Part shown: piece after piece, positions 25,107-33,839 of the stretch | How positions within the stretch are numbered: position 1 is the first letter of the stretch | How the letters are laid out: the number at the start of each line of letters is the position of its first letter | IMG/VR virus record: IMGVR_UViG_3300037440_000199 | Location: 1-49,248 of that record | DNA length: 49,248 bases | Strand: one strand, 5' to 3' | Origin: a virus | Lineage: Duplodnaviria > Caudoviricetes | Program-made: the position numbers and the translations under genes | Notes under the pieces: model-generated | The model's database searches: none | What the model was told of the DNA's origin: nothing | Seen by the model: the letters and a program-made list of their open reading frames with translations, nothing else

Positions 25107-25678
25107 ATCGGGTTCTCATCGGCTTCACCGGCCGCATCGGCGCCGGCAAGTCCACCGCCGCGCGGGCGCTATACAATCGCGGCTTCACGCGGGTTCGGTT
25201 CGCCGGCCCGCTGAAGGCCATGATGGCTTGCATGGGGCTCTCTGAGCAGGAGGTAGACGGCAGCCTGAAGGAGGAGCCGTGCGATCTGCTGTGCGGCAAG
25301 ACGCCTCGCTACGCCATGCAGACGATCGGCACTGAGTGGGGCCGGCAGATGATCGGCGACGACATTTGGATTCGGGCGTTCAAACGTTCGGTCGAATCCT
25401 ACGGCGAGCACATCCCGCTCGTCTGTGACGACGTGCGGTTCCCGAACGAAGCGGCGGCTATCCGCGATCTCGGCGGGGCGATTGTGCGGGTGGTTCGGGG
25501 CGGATCGCTGGGGGCGGTGGGCCACGTCAGTGAGCACCAGGATTTCGTAGTTGACGCCACGCTGTACAACACCGGGTCGGTTCCCGAGTTCATACGCGAC
25601 GTGGCGGCTTATGCAGACACGCTGCGGCTCGGCGCTGGTGTCGCGAATCCTTTTGCTCCGAGGAGGCAATGGCGATGA
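25103..25678 (+). CDS. deoxynucleoside monophosphate kinase
   Basis: IGFTGRIGAGKST, FAGPLK, TPRYAMQTIGTEWGR, DDVRFPNE, HVSE. Confidence 0.88.
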   Translation: MNRVLIGFTGRIGAGKSTAARALYNRGFTRVRFAGPLKAMMACMGLSEQEVDGSLKEEPCDLLCGKTPRYAMQTIGTEWGRQMIGDDIWIRAFKRSVESYGEHIPLVCDDVRFPNEAAAIRDLGGAIVRVVRGGSLGAVGHVSEHQDFVVDATLYNTGSVPEFIRDVAAYADTLRLGAGVANPFAPRRQWR

Positions 25679-26466
25679 GGACAGAAGATGAACTGGTAAA
25701 ACGGCTACACGCAATAGCCAACATGGACCTACGCACAGGCCCGTTCCTGGCCCACACGTTCGACACTGCGGCAGAGGCCGCCGACAAAATTCCCCGGCTA
25801 TCTGCTGAGATCAAGCGCCTCACCGCAGCCCTTGAGAGGACACGCCAGCAGTCGGAAAAATTCGAGGGACTCTACGAAGAATATCTCGCTCGATGTGAGC
25901 AAGCCGAAGAATATGCCGCCAGCGAGGCAAAGACCGGAGAGGACGTATACGAGCATCTTGGTGATGTTCTGTATTTCCTGTGCGATCTACATCCCGATGA
26001 TCGCTGCGAAGCACTGGACAAGGCGCTAGCTTTCTACAACGCCGCGAGGCCGGACAAGAAGATAGAGCCGTCCGGTTTTCCATTCCGGCATCTAACCACG
26101 TTAGGCGATTATCTTGAAAGTCTTGTCGCCCCCGCGCATCCGTCCAGGGATGCGGAGCAAGAGCCTCCCGGCTGCCCTACGCCCGGCGCGTGTTCCTGCC
26201 CGGCGCTGAAAGAAGCGCGCCGGTTGGTCGAACAAGCCGACGCCGTGACCCATACTGACGCGGCCGGCAATCAACATCGCAAAGTCTTTGCAAGGGACCT
26301 AGATGCCTTGGCAGCCGCCATCAAGCACTCCACCCCGCCCGCAAGGGATTATGTGCTGGAGGAAGCGGCGAAGGCAATCGAGCGTGTCGATAATACACTG
26401 TTGCACCAGGACAAGCTCGCAGCGCACATCCGCGCCCTCAAGAAGTCCCAACCGGGAGAGGGCTGA
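25669..26466 (+). CDS. mosaic hypothetical protein
   Basis: 265 aa; AGGAGG RBS; ends KSQPGEG*. Confidence 0.65.
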   Translation: MAMRTEDELVKRLHAIANMDLRTGPFLAHTFDTAAEAADKIPRLSAEIKRLTAALERTRQQSEKFEGLYEEYLARCEQAEEYAASEAKTGEDVYEHLGDVLYFLCDLHPDDRCEALDKALAFYNAARPDKKIEPSGFPFRHLTTLGDYLESLVAPAHPSRDAEQEPPGCPTPGACSCPALKEARRLVEQADAVTHTDAAGNQHRKVFARDLDALAAAIKHSTPPARDYVLEEAAKAIERVDNTLLHQDKLAAHIRALKKSQPGEG

Positions 26467-26471
26467 CCGAA

Positions 26472-26636
26472 ATGAAACTCGTTCGTTGTGATTCTTGCGG
26501 CAGGACTGAGGAAATCCCGGATGGCCACAAGCCACCTGAATGGTGGCAGAGGACCGATGCGAAGACACGCCAGGAGTATCACGCGTGCTCGCGCATATGC
26601 CGCGACAAACTACCCGGAATACCGGGGCCATTCTGA
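26472..26636 (+). CDS. 54-aa zinc-finger-like protein (not in ORF track)
   Basis: MKLVRCDSCG...HACSRIC. Confidence 0.6.
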   Translation: MKLVRCDSCGRTEEIPDGHKPPEWWQRTDAKTRQEYHACSRICRDKLPGIPGPF

Positions 26637-26656
26637 CGCAACCGGGAGAGGGCTAG

Positions 26657-26845
26657 ATGAAGTACCCACACGAATTCCTCGGACGATGTGAGACGTGCTT
26701 GGGCAACGCCTACTTGTCGAGCGCGCCTTGCAGAATTGGCTATGGGCAAGGGATGCCACTTTTCGATAGCCAGTGTGTGGTGCGCAGGGCACAAAAACAA
26801 TACGAGCAAAAGCGAAAAGCGAAGTCCCAACCGGGAGAGGGCTGA
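26657..26845 (+). CDS. 62-aa Cys-rich protein
   Basis: CETC..C..C; ends KSQPGEG*. Confidence 0.55.
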   Translation: MKYPHEFLGRCETCLGNAYLSSAPCRIGYGQGMPLFDSQCVVRRAQKQYEQKRKAKSQPGEG

Positions 26846-26851
26846 CCGCCG

Positions 26852-28897
26852 GTGGTGCCCCCCATCCTCCACATCGACTTCGAGACCCGCAGCGCCGTCG
26901 ACCTGCGGAAGACCGGCGTTCACGTCTACGCGGAAGACGAAACCACCGACACTTGGTGCGCAGCCTATGCGTTCGGCGACGGACCTGTCGAGCTGTGGGC
27001 ACCGGACGATTTGTTCTGCCCGCCCGAGATCACGGAACATATTGCGTCCGGAGGACTAATTTATGCCCACAACGCCGCATTCGAGCGCACGATCTGGAAA
27101 CACATTCTGACGCCGCGCTACGGCTGGTCGGAGGTTCCGGTTGAGCAGTGGCGATGCACCATGGCGGCGGCCTACGCGATGGCGCTCCCCGGCGCCCTGG
27201 CGGACGCCGCTGCGGCGCTCGGGGTCGAGGCGCAGAAGGACCAGAAAGGCCACGCGCTGATGCTGCGTATGGCCAAGCCGCGCGGCCGAGACGCCAGCGG
27301 CAATCTGATCTGGTGGGATGACGAGGAACGCCGGCAGCGGCTTTACGCTTACTGCCGCCAGGACGTGGAGACCGAGCGCGCCATCCACAAGCGGCTGTTG
27401 CCGCTCCGACCGTCCGAGCAGTCCTTGTGGCACCTCGACCAGCAGATCAACGACCGCGGGGTTCACGTCGACGAGGCGCTTTGCCAAGCGGCTCTGAAGA
27501 TTGTTGGGCAAACGACCGACGGGCTGAACGCCGAAATGCGCGAAGTCTCCGGCGGCGAGGTGGGCGCGTGTTCGAACGTGCAGGAGATTGTGGCATTCTG
27601 CGCCAAGCGCGAGATCGACACTGATTCGATCCGCAAGGACGTGCTCGCCGAGATCCTGTGCCGCGACATCCCCGACGACGCGCGTCGCGTGCTGGAACTA
27701 CGGCAGGAGGCCGGTAAAGCATCCGTTACCAAGATCAAGGCGCTGCTCGCCGGCCGCTCACGCGATGGCCGCGCCCGGGGGATGTTGCAGTTCCACGCCG
27801 CGTCGACCGGCCGTTGGGCGGGGCGGCGGTTCCAGCCGCAGAATTTGAAGCGGCCTGAGTTCCTGGAAGACAAAAATCCCGAGGTTGCAGAACAGCTTAG
27901 AGAGACCGCTATCCGGATGGTCCTGGGAGGCCGTACGGAGGCGCTGGAGGGGGTGTTCGGGCCGCCGCTGTCTGTGGTGGGTGACTTGATTCGCTCCACT
28001 GTGCGGGCCGCGCCGGGGCACGTTTTGTACGTTGCCGACTTCTCGGCGATCGAGGGGCGCGGACTGGCGTGGCTGGTCGGCGAGGAGTGGAAGCTGCAGG
28101 CGTTTCGCGACTACGATGCCGGCAAAGGGCCAGGCATCTACGAGAAGACCGCCGGCGAGATATTGGCGAAGGCTCCGGGGCAGGTCACCAAGCCCGAGCG
28201 CCAGGCGTACGGCAAAGTCCCGGAGCTCGCGTTGGGCTACCAGGGCGGAGTCGGCGCCTTCCAGACGATGGCGCACACGTACGGCGTCAAGGTCACCGAC
28301 GAGGAAGCCGATGTTATCAAATGCCGCTGGCGCGAGAAGCATCCTCGCACGGTGCAGTTCTGGTACGACATTGACGAAGCGGCGATCCGGGCGGTAGACA
28401 GCCCCGGAAAGACGATTCCGTGCGGCCGGTTGGCGTTCAAGACCAGCGGCAGTTTCCTGTTCATGCGGCTGCCGAGCGGAAAGCGTCTTTGCTACCCCTA
28501 CCCACGGATCGAATGGATCGATACCCCGTGGGGGTCGCGCAAGCAGGCGCTCACCTACAAGACCGTGCTGACGCCGTTCAACCAGAAGCGCCGAACCGGC
28601 GACCCGAACGATACCACCAAGTGGGGCCGGATTTCCACCTACGGCGGGTCGGAGACCGAAAACGCCGTTCAGGCGATTTGCACTGGCGTGGGGGGTCTAT
28701 TGGGCGAGGCAATAGTGCGGCTTGACGATGCTGGATACCCGGTCGTCATGCACGGTCATGACGAGGCAGTGGCCGAGACACCCGAGGACTTCGGGTCGGT
28801 CGAGGAGTTCGAGCAGTTGATGTCAATCGTGCCTGGCTGGGCACCCGGGTTCCCGATCGCCGCCGAGGCGTGGCGGGGGGTGAGGTATAGGAAATGA
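26852..28897 (+). CDS. family A DNA polymerase (APSE/SPO2-like)
   Basis: exo HIDFETRS, AHNAAFE, YCRQDV; TGRWAG...QN; ADFSAIEGR; KVPELALGY; HGHDE. Confidence 0.93.
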   Translation: MVPPILHIDFETRSAVDLRKTGVHVYAEDETTDTWCAAYAFGDGPVELWAPDDLFCPPEITEHIASGGLIYAHNAAFERTIWKHILTPRYGWSEVPVEQWRCTMAAAYAMALPGALADAAAALGVEAQKDQKGHALMLRMAKPRGRDASGNLIWWDDEERRQRLYAYCRQDVETERAIHKRLLPLRPSEQSLWHLDQQINDRGVHVDEALCQAALKIVGQTTDGLNAEMREVSGGEVGACSNVQEIVAFCAKREIDTDSIRKDVLAEILCRDIPDDARRVLELRQEAGKASVTKIKALLAGRSRDGRARGMLQFHAASTGRWAGRRFQPQNLKRPEFLEDKNPEVAEQLRETAIRMVLGGRTEALEGVFGPPLSVVGDLIRSTVRAAPGHVLYVADFSAIEGRGLAWLVGEEWKLQAFRDYDAGKGPGIYEKTAGEILAKAPGQVTKPERQAYGKVPELALGYQGGVGAFQTMAHTYGVKVTDEEADVIKCRWREKHPRTVQFWYDIDEAAIRAVDSPGKTIPCGRLAFKTSGSFLFMRLPSGKRLCYPYPRIEWIDTPWGSRKQALTYKTVLTPFNQKRRTGDPNDTTKWGRISTYGGSETENAVQAICTGVGGLLGEAIVRLDDAGYPVVMHGHDEAVAETPEDFGSVEEFEQLMSIVPGWAPGFPIAAEAWRGVRYRK

Positions 28898-29172
28898 CAC
28901 TACCCGAGACGCTCTTGGGCTACGAGGAGGAGTGCGCGGCGATCCGGTCGTGGCTACGCTCTGACGGCTGGCTGCACCAGGACGAGTTCGATCGCCTGTC
29001 GTTTGGGTGGAGGCACCAACCGCGTCCGTGCGCCATTAGGCCGTTCAACCTGGGGTCCATAGTCCCGCCGATGAACGGAGACCCGCTCCTGGCGTTCCTC
29101 CAAGAGATGATCCGGCAGGGATTGGCGAAGGCCCGGGAGCGCGATGACGGAAAGGTCGAGTACAGCGAGTGA
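28894..29172 (+). CDS. hypothetical protein, paralog of 29960-30250
   Basis: shared SWL..D.WLHQD.FDR.SF.WRH...GDPLLA...ARERD. Confidence 0.7.
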   Translation: MTLPETLLGYEEECAAIRSWLRSDGWLHQDEFDRLSFGWRHQPRPCAIRPFNLGSIVPPMNGDPLLAFLQEMIRQGLAKARERDDGKVEYSE

Positions 29173-29312
29173 GCACCCCCCTCATCGCCCTCGTCACGCT
29201 GATCTACGTCGGTGTCGCGGTGTCTGAGCTCTACGTCGGGCGACCCGGGATGGCGGTGGTGTTCGGCGGCTACGCGCTGGCGAACCTGGGACTGATTTGG
29301 AGTATATGGTGA
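29169..29312 (+). CDS. 47-aa two-TM membrane protein
   Basis: MSTPLIALVTLIYVGVAV...FGGYALANLGL. Confidence 0.6.
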   Translation: MSTPLIALVTLIYVGVAVSELYVGRPGMAVVFGGYALANLGLIWSIW

Positions 29313-29527
29313 TGGCGGGAACCAAACCAAAGCGAAGACAACCGAGCGCCAAGACGCTTGCCAAGCGGCAGGAGGTTCTTGACTGGGTCAAGACGTACAG
29401 GAAGGTCGTGACCCCGGAATGGTCCGCATACCAAGCGGCGAAAGCAGGCATCGAGTGGGAGGATTGGCTGGAAGCGCGAGGCCCGGCGCGGCGTTTAATC
29501 CCTGCGCGTAACGCCCCAAATGTGTAG
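29312..29527 (+). CDS. hypothetical protein
   Basis: 71 aa; TGATG coupling. Confidence 0.5.
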   Translation: MAGTKPKRRQPSAKTLAKRQEVLDWVKTYRKVVTPEWSAYQAAKAGIEWEDWLEARGPARRLIPARNAPNV

Positions 29528-29611
29528 GCAATTTGTCGGCGTTTGCAGACCTACATCGCCGAAATCGCAACAGGATCAATGTCGGCATGTAGGTCTACAA
29601 AAGCCTACGGA

Positions 29612-29658
29612 GCCCTTTCACGGCGGAAACACGGGTTCGAGTCCCGTAGGGCGCGCCA
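29612..29658 (+). mobile_element. attP: attP core = 3' half of tRNA-Glu(TTC)
   Basis: GCCC-TTTCAC-GGCGG-AAAC-ACGGG-TTCGAGT-CCCGT-AGGGCGC-GCCA: anticodon loop, T-arm, acceptor 3' strand, CCA; no 5' half; downstream of the integrase operon. Confidence 0.88.
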
Positions 29659-29684
29659 GAAATTGCACCTGAAATGCGAGATAG

Positions 29685-29963
29685 TTAGAATTCTGAGACA
29701 GGTGTCGGACTCGTGAACGAAGGGTGACTTTGGGCGCTACGTTGGGCGTTACGCAGTATGTAGTTGGCCCGCCGGCACTGAGACAACGTGAACGTACCGA
29801 AGTGGCAGCGGTCAGCCGGTAGGCTCATTTTCCGGTGAAGGTAGCGGTACACGCCGTCGCGGGGCCACCCCCGGAACTCGATCATCAGATCGACCAGCTT
29901 GTGGCCTTCCATACGAGCTTGAGCCAGTTGTGACCCTGGTTCGGCGGGCCAGCGCAGCGTCAT
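29685..29963 (-). CDS. hypothetical protein, DUF3268-like C-terminal region
   Basis: RMEGHKLVD...VYRYL..KM.LP..CHFG.F....CRRA. Confidence 0.55.
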   Translation of the reverse strand: MTLRWPAEPGSQLAQARMEGHKLVDLMIEFRGWPRDGVYRYLHRKMSLPADRCHFGTFTLSQCRRANYILRNAQRSAQSHPSFTSPTPVSEF

Positions 29964-30250
29964 CCCTTCTTCTCCTCAGCAAGTCGGTACTCGATCTCCC
30001 CGTCACGTTCCCTTGCGACCACGGTCCCGGCCATCTGAAACTCGCGCAATATGGCGAGCAGCGGATCCCCGTGGATCGGCAGCACGATAGTATCCTCGTT
30101 GAACGAAGGAACTTGTCGCGGGCCGGGGCGATGCCTCCACTCGAAAGATTTGCGGTCAAAGTCATCCTGGTGGAGCCATGAGTCTGCGCTCAGCCACGAC
30201 AAGATGGTCGCGCATTCGTCGCGGTACATCTCGACACTTTTCGGAATCAT
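29960..30250 (-). CDS. hypothetical protein, paralog of 28894-29172
   Basis: 96 aa; ends EEKKG*. Confidence 0.7.
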   Translation of the reverse strand: MIPKSVEMYRDECATILSWLSADSWLHQDDFDRKSFEWRHRPGPRQVPSFNEDTIVLPIHGDPLLAILREFQMAGTVVARERDGEIEYRLAEEKKG

Positions 30251-30402
30251 CCCTTCTTCTCCCTCAGATCGACCACCCCGTCAGCGTCCACGATCTTCGG
30301 CGGGCGGTCTGGGTGCACTATCACGAGCACCCCGCTGACAACGCGCCCGTCCTCGCCGGGCTGCAATTCGTACAGCACGCGGGCGCCGGGAATACGTTTC
30401 AT
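30247..30402 (-). CDS. 51-aa hypothetical protein
   Basis: starts and ends in junction repeats; ends REKKG*. Confidence 0.6.
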   Translation of the reverse strand: MKRIPGARVLYELQPGEDGRVVSGVLVIVHPDRPPKIVDADGVVDLREKKG

Positions 30403-30599
30403 CCCTTCTTCTCCTCGTTCCACACGACAGGCGGGTCGATGTCGAAATGCTCCACCGGGAACGGGGTCCAACCATAGCCATATACGGATTCCGCGTTGTC
30501 GAACTGTGCGAGGATATGCGCGCTTGTCCTTGCCGGGCGCAGCAGCGCGCGCTCGCCTTTTAGCTGCGGGTCGGGACCGACGTAGGTTCCTGCTCTCAT
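30399..30599 (-). CDS. 66-aa hypothetical protein
   Basis: starts and ends in junction repeats; ends EEKKG*. Confidence 0.6.
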   Translation of the reverse strand: MRAGTYVGPDPQLKGERALLRPARTSAHILAQFDNAESVYGYGWTPFPVEHFDIDPPVVWNEEKKG

Positions 30600-31672
30600 C
30601 CCTTCTTCTCCTCCAATGTCCCCGCCATGAAGTCGGGGGAAAAATGTCCGTACACCCGCTCCACCGTAGCCACCGTATCGCCCAAGAGCTTCGCCACGTC
30701 CCAGAGCGACACGCCGGCTTGCAGCAGGTGTGTAGCGCGGGAGTGGCGAAGGATATGCGGGTTCCGCTTGTGCCCGAGCCCGATGGATTCCATGTGGCTC
30801 CTGAAGGGCCAGTACAGATCCGGCGCCGGGTCGCCGAACAGATACGTTTCCTCGGGCTTCATCACCAGCAGCCGAGGTTCTATCACCGTCCGAGCGGCCG
30901 TAGTGAGCGGCACGACGACCCGGCGCTTCGTTGATCGCCGCTGGCCGTCGGTCTCGTTGGGGTTCCGGAGGTTGATCCGGTTGTTCTGTAAATCGATCTG
31001 GAAGCGGGTCAGTGTCTCAATGGCGGTACGCCGGCTCGCGGTCTCGTAGGCCAGCACCATGAAGTCGTGCAGCCGGCCGTCGGCTTGGGAGACCGCCCAG
31101 CGGTACTCCTCGCGGGTCAGGTACTTGTCGTCCGCTAACGCTTCCGAGCGCGTCTCGGCCGGGAGCTCGATCTGCGGGAGGTCGTTGGCCGTGATGCGTT
31201 TCCAGCGTAGTGCGTGGCGAGCAGCAGCTCCAAGTACGACAAGTTCGCGCCGGGCTGTAGATTCCGAGCCCACGGCGTTGTGTCGACGTATGCCACCGCC
31301 AATCTTACCGGTTCGACGCGCTTCCGTGTAATTTCGGCTGGCAGGGATGTCGATTTCCCGAATCTGGTCATCACCGAACCACTCCTTCAGATGTGTGATG
31401 GCGTCTTCCGCCCGGTCCTTGTCGACCACCTTCACCGCGACATGCTCACGCCAGTAGTCGTCGAGCGCCTGCGTCACCGTGAGCCCGATCCGGTTCTCTT
31501 GGATCGTCCGCCCGTGTGTGAGCCACTGCGCGAAACGATCCTGTGCCACATCAGCGTCTCTTGCATCCAGCGACTTGCGCTTCGTGCGTCGCGTATCCTT
31601 GTCGTACCAGAAGACGTAGTAGACGCCCTCGACCTTATCGAGCCAGGGGATTTCCCGGAGCTTCCGCGGCAT
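30596..31672 (-). CDS. int: tyrosine integrase
   Basis: TASRRTAI (R), PHILRHSRATHLL (HxxR), LLGDT, VYGH (Y). Confidence 0.92.
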   Translation of the reverse strand: MPRKLREIPWLDKVEGVYYVFWYDKDTRRTKRKSLDARDADVAQDRFAQWLTHGRTIQENRIGLTVTQALDDYWREHVAVKVVDKDRAEDAITHLKEWFGDDQIREIDIPASRNYTEARRTGKIGGGIRRHNAVGSESTARRELVVLGAAARHALRWKRITANDLPQIELPAETRSEALADDKYLTREEYRWAVSQADGRLHDFMVLAYETASRRTAIETLTRFQIDLQNNRINLRNPNETDGQRRSTKRRVVVPLTTAARTVIEPRLLVMKPEETYLFGDPAPDLYWPFRSHMESIGLGHKRNPHILRHSRATHLLQAGVSLWDVAKLLGDTVATVERVYGHFSPDFMAGTLEEKKG

Positions 31673-31824
31673 AACAGTTGCTCTACTTGTTCAATCGTGA
31701 ACCTTGCCTGGCCGCCCGCGGTTCTGAATGCCGGGGCCAGCAGGCCCTCCTTGAGATACCGCTGCACGGTGCGGGGGGTGACCCTGAGCTGTGCAGCGAC
31801 TTGCTCAGTTCTTAGGCCGGGCAC
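31474..31824 (-). CDS. xis: excisionase (MerR-like HTH)
   Basis: TEQVAAQLRVTPRTVQRYLKEGLL..FRTAGGQARF; C-terminal tail overlaps int out of frame. Confidence 0.75.
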   Translation of the reverse strand: MPGLRTEQVAAQLRVTPRTVQRYLKEGLLAPAFRTAGGQARFTIEQVEQLLCRGSSGKSPGSIRSRASTTSSGTTRIRDARSASRWMQETLMWHRIVSRSGSHTGGRSKRTGSGSR

Positions 31825-32345
31825 TTTCCACCAATTGTTGTATCCGAACCCCTATGTCGGTCGGAAGCGTCATGTTCACCCGCACCCACGAATACCCGTT
31901 ACCCGCACTCGTGACGAGCAGCGGGGGTGCGTTGGCGCCCGTGGCGCTCGGCAGTATGGTGTGGCCTAGGTCTTCCGAACTGATCCCCAAGGCCATGCAA
32001 ATGGCTTTCCGGTTATTTGGCCCCGGTAGGTTGCGGCCGCGCAAGTATCCCGAGATAACGTCACGGCCCATTCTGCCGGATGGCATGTGCATTCCCGCTT
32101 GGCGGGCCAGTTCACTCTGGTTCCAGCCTTTACGGAGCATGTGCGCCTGCAGGTGGGACGCGAAGTCCTGCCGGATTGCCTCCGCGGGCGCCCACGGAGG
32201 CGGTGCCACGAGCCCCGGCGGAGGATTCTGGTAAGCGGGGGTGCGCGGTGTTCCGACGTTGCGTGGGTGCTGTTGCGGCTTCACCGGGGCCTTAGCTTTT
32301 GCCTTCTTCCGCGTAGGTTTTCTGGTGCGCTTCTTGGCCATCATG
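31805..32345 (-). CDS. XRE-family transcriptional regulator (repressor candidate); start uncertain
   Basis: KGWNQSELARQAG...RDVISGYLRGRNLP...ICMALG; GGGAG precedes MMAKKR. Confidence 0.8.
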
Positions 32346-32648
32346 TACTCCCGTTGCATTTGCAGGAAGCAGCGGCTTTTGTAGAAGTCGTGCTTGCCTA
32401 CACGGGTCACATATCACGCACCCGTGAGACTGCCTAGAGTACAAAGCGGCAACAATAGGTTAATTATTTGTTGACAACTTGCAGCCACGTAGGCTGTCGG
32501 TCTTTTCGGACGGTACTCGGCGGGTACTTGGGCGCCACCACAGGCTCGACATCGCACCCGGCGCAGCAGTGTTGGGGGGCGCTCGGATCGTAGTGAGGGC
32601 CGAGGTCGCCCGATCGATAGGGGCACTCGGGGCAGGTGCGGACTTTCA

Positions 32649-33113
32649 TCATATCATCGCCACCGGTTCCCAGCACAAAACGGTTACGCCCCCACCCACG
32701 AACACCACGTTGTGATCTGTCGGGTTGACGATCGCCGGGCGCCGCAGTTTGCTCCGCGGGATGGCGACGCGCGTACCGACCAGAAGGTGCGCCCGTGTAA
32801 TGGTGCGGCCGTTCGGCAGTGTGACGGTGTCGGGCCGTTCGTCCGTGATGATCGCCACCATGGCGCAGTCTGACCCGTCGACCACGGAACAAGGCTCCAC
32901 CTTGTCGGCGTAGTAGGCATCGCCCTCGCCGCAGCAGGAGGCGTACGGGTTGTCCGGCTGGCGCAGGCTCTCGTAGTAGGCCGAGATGTCCGGAATGCCC
33001 TCACGAGCGTCTTGAGCGAGCGCCGCTGCTATTGAGAGCAGAAACACCACAGCCGCCACGGTCACGGGCACGATCAGGCTGCGCCAGAGCGCAGGGAGCG
33101 GCGGGCGGGTCAT
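32649..33113 (-). CDS. secreted/membrane Cys-rich hypothetical protein
   Basis: N-terminal signal/TM; YESLRQPD...SCCGEGD...NPT. Confidence 0.7.
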   Translation of the reverse strand: MTRPPLPALWRSLIVPVTVAAVVFLLSIAAALAQDAREGIPDISAYYESLRQPDNPYASCCGEGDAYYADKVEPCSVVDGSDCAMVAIITDERPDTVTLPNGRTITRAHLLVGTRVAIPRSKLRRPAIVNPTDHNVVFVGGGVTVLCWEPVAMI

Positions 33114-33238
33114 GGGACGCGCTCGAAATACTTAGTGGACATGTTTTGGAACGAGTTGTGTCGCTCACACCACACCGCCGCCTGATCGCCGCGGATAGAA
33201 TCGACAACGCCAATGATCTGTTTCGCGATATCCTTCAT
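33110..33238 (-). CDS. 42-aa hypothetical protein
   Basis: MKDIAKQIIG...FERVP; ATGA overlaps on both sides. Confidence 0.45.
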   Translation of the reverse strand: MKDIAKQIIGVVDSIRGDQAAVWCERHNSFQNMSTKYFERVP

Positions 33239-33633
33239 GCCCCCCTCTCCTCAATCTGAACCACGGTGAATTGCTCCATCGGCGGAGCCGGCTGGACGCC
33301 TTGCGGGCCGACGAACCCCGTGACTGTGACGGCGATCACCAGATAGGCCTTGTGGTCGTAGTTGATCTGCTTGACGACGCCGATCGGCAGAAACGTCACG
33401 GCGGCGAACGCACACGCGGCCGGGTTTTCTTCTTCCTGGTTGATCGTCGCCACGGTGGCGATCGGGTTGGCGCCCGTCTCTTGGCTGAGCTCGACGAATC
33501 GCTCGACCTGCGGGATGGTGTCGCACAACAGCCCGTGGCCGACGGTTGGCTCCTGTTCAGCCGAGAGCGCGGTGCCAATGTGGTAGCCAACCGCAAACAT
33601 TATGCCCCATACGACGCACCAGAATAGCTTCAT
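33235..33633 (-). CDS. secreted/membrane hypothetical protein
   Basis: N-terminal hydrophobic segment; GLLCDT..QVERFV. Confidence 0.65.
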   Translation of the reverse strand: MKLFWCVVWGIMFAVGYHIGTALSAEQEPTVGHGLLCDTIPQVERFVELSQETGANPIATVATINQEEENPAACAFAAVTFLPIGVVKQINYDHKAYLVIAVTVTGFVGPQGVQPAPPMEQFTVVQIEERGA

Positions 33634-33839
33634 GGGGCGCGCTCCAGGATGTGGAGCGGCTGCAACTCATACCCAAACTGCGCGTTGTGCAGCAGGACGT
33701 TTTTGTCGCTGTCATTGTCGATGAAGCGAATCTCGTAAGTGGATCGCTTTAACCCCCAGGTTACCCAATCTCCCACCTGTAGCGGGTGTAGCGGGCGGGG
33801 CTCGATGCGGACGATGTCGCCCACTTTGGTGTCCGTCAT
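33630..33839 (-). CDS. 69-aa hypothetical protein
   Basis: MTDTKVGDIVRI...ERAP; GGGGAG RBS. Confidence 0.5.
   Translation of the reverse strand: MTDTKVGDIVRIEPRPLHPLQVGDWVTWGLKRSTYEIRFIDNDSDKNVLLHNAQFGYELQPLHILERAP

Larger units (their letters stand above)
26442..26848 (+). repeat. junction repeat CAACCGGGAGAGGGCT x3
   Basis: 28-bp exact repeat at 26442-26469 and 26821-26848; 16-bp core at 26639-26654. Confidence 0.9.
29960..30613 (-). repeat. junction repeat (GA)GGAGAAGAAGGGATGA x4
   Basis: 29960-29977, 30247-30262, 30399-30416, 30596-30613; each copy is stop + RBS + ATGA overlap. Confidence 0.92.

Noticed and set aside
29612-29658. Functional tRNA-Glu gene
   Set aside because: 5' acceptor strand and D-arm are absent; fits an attP core
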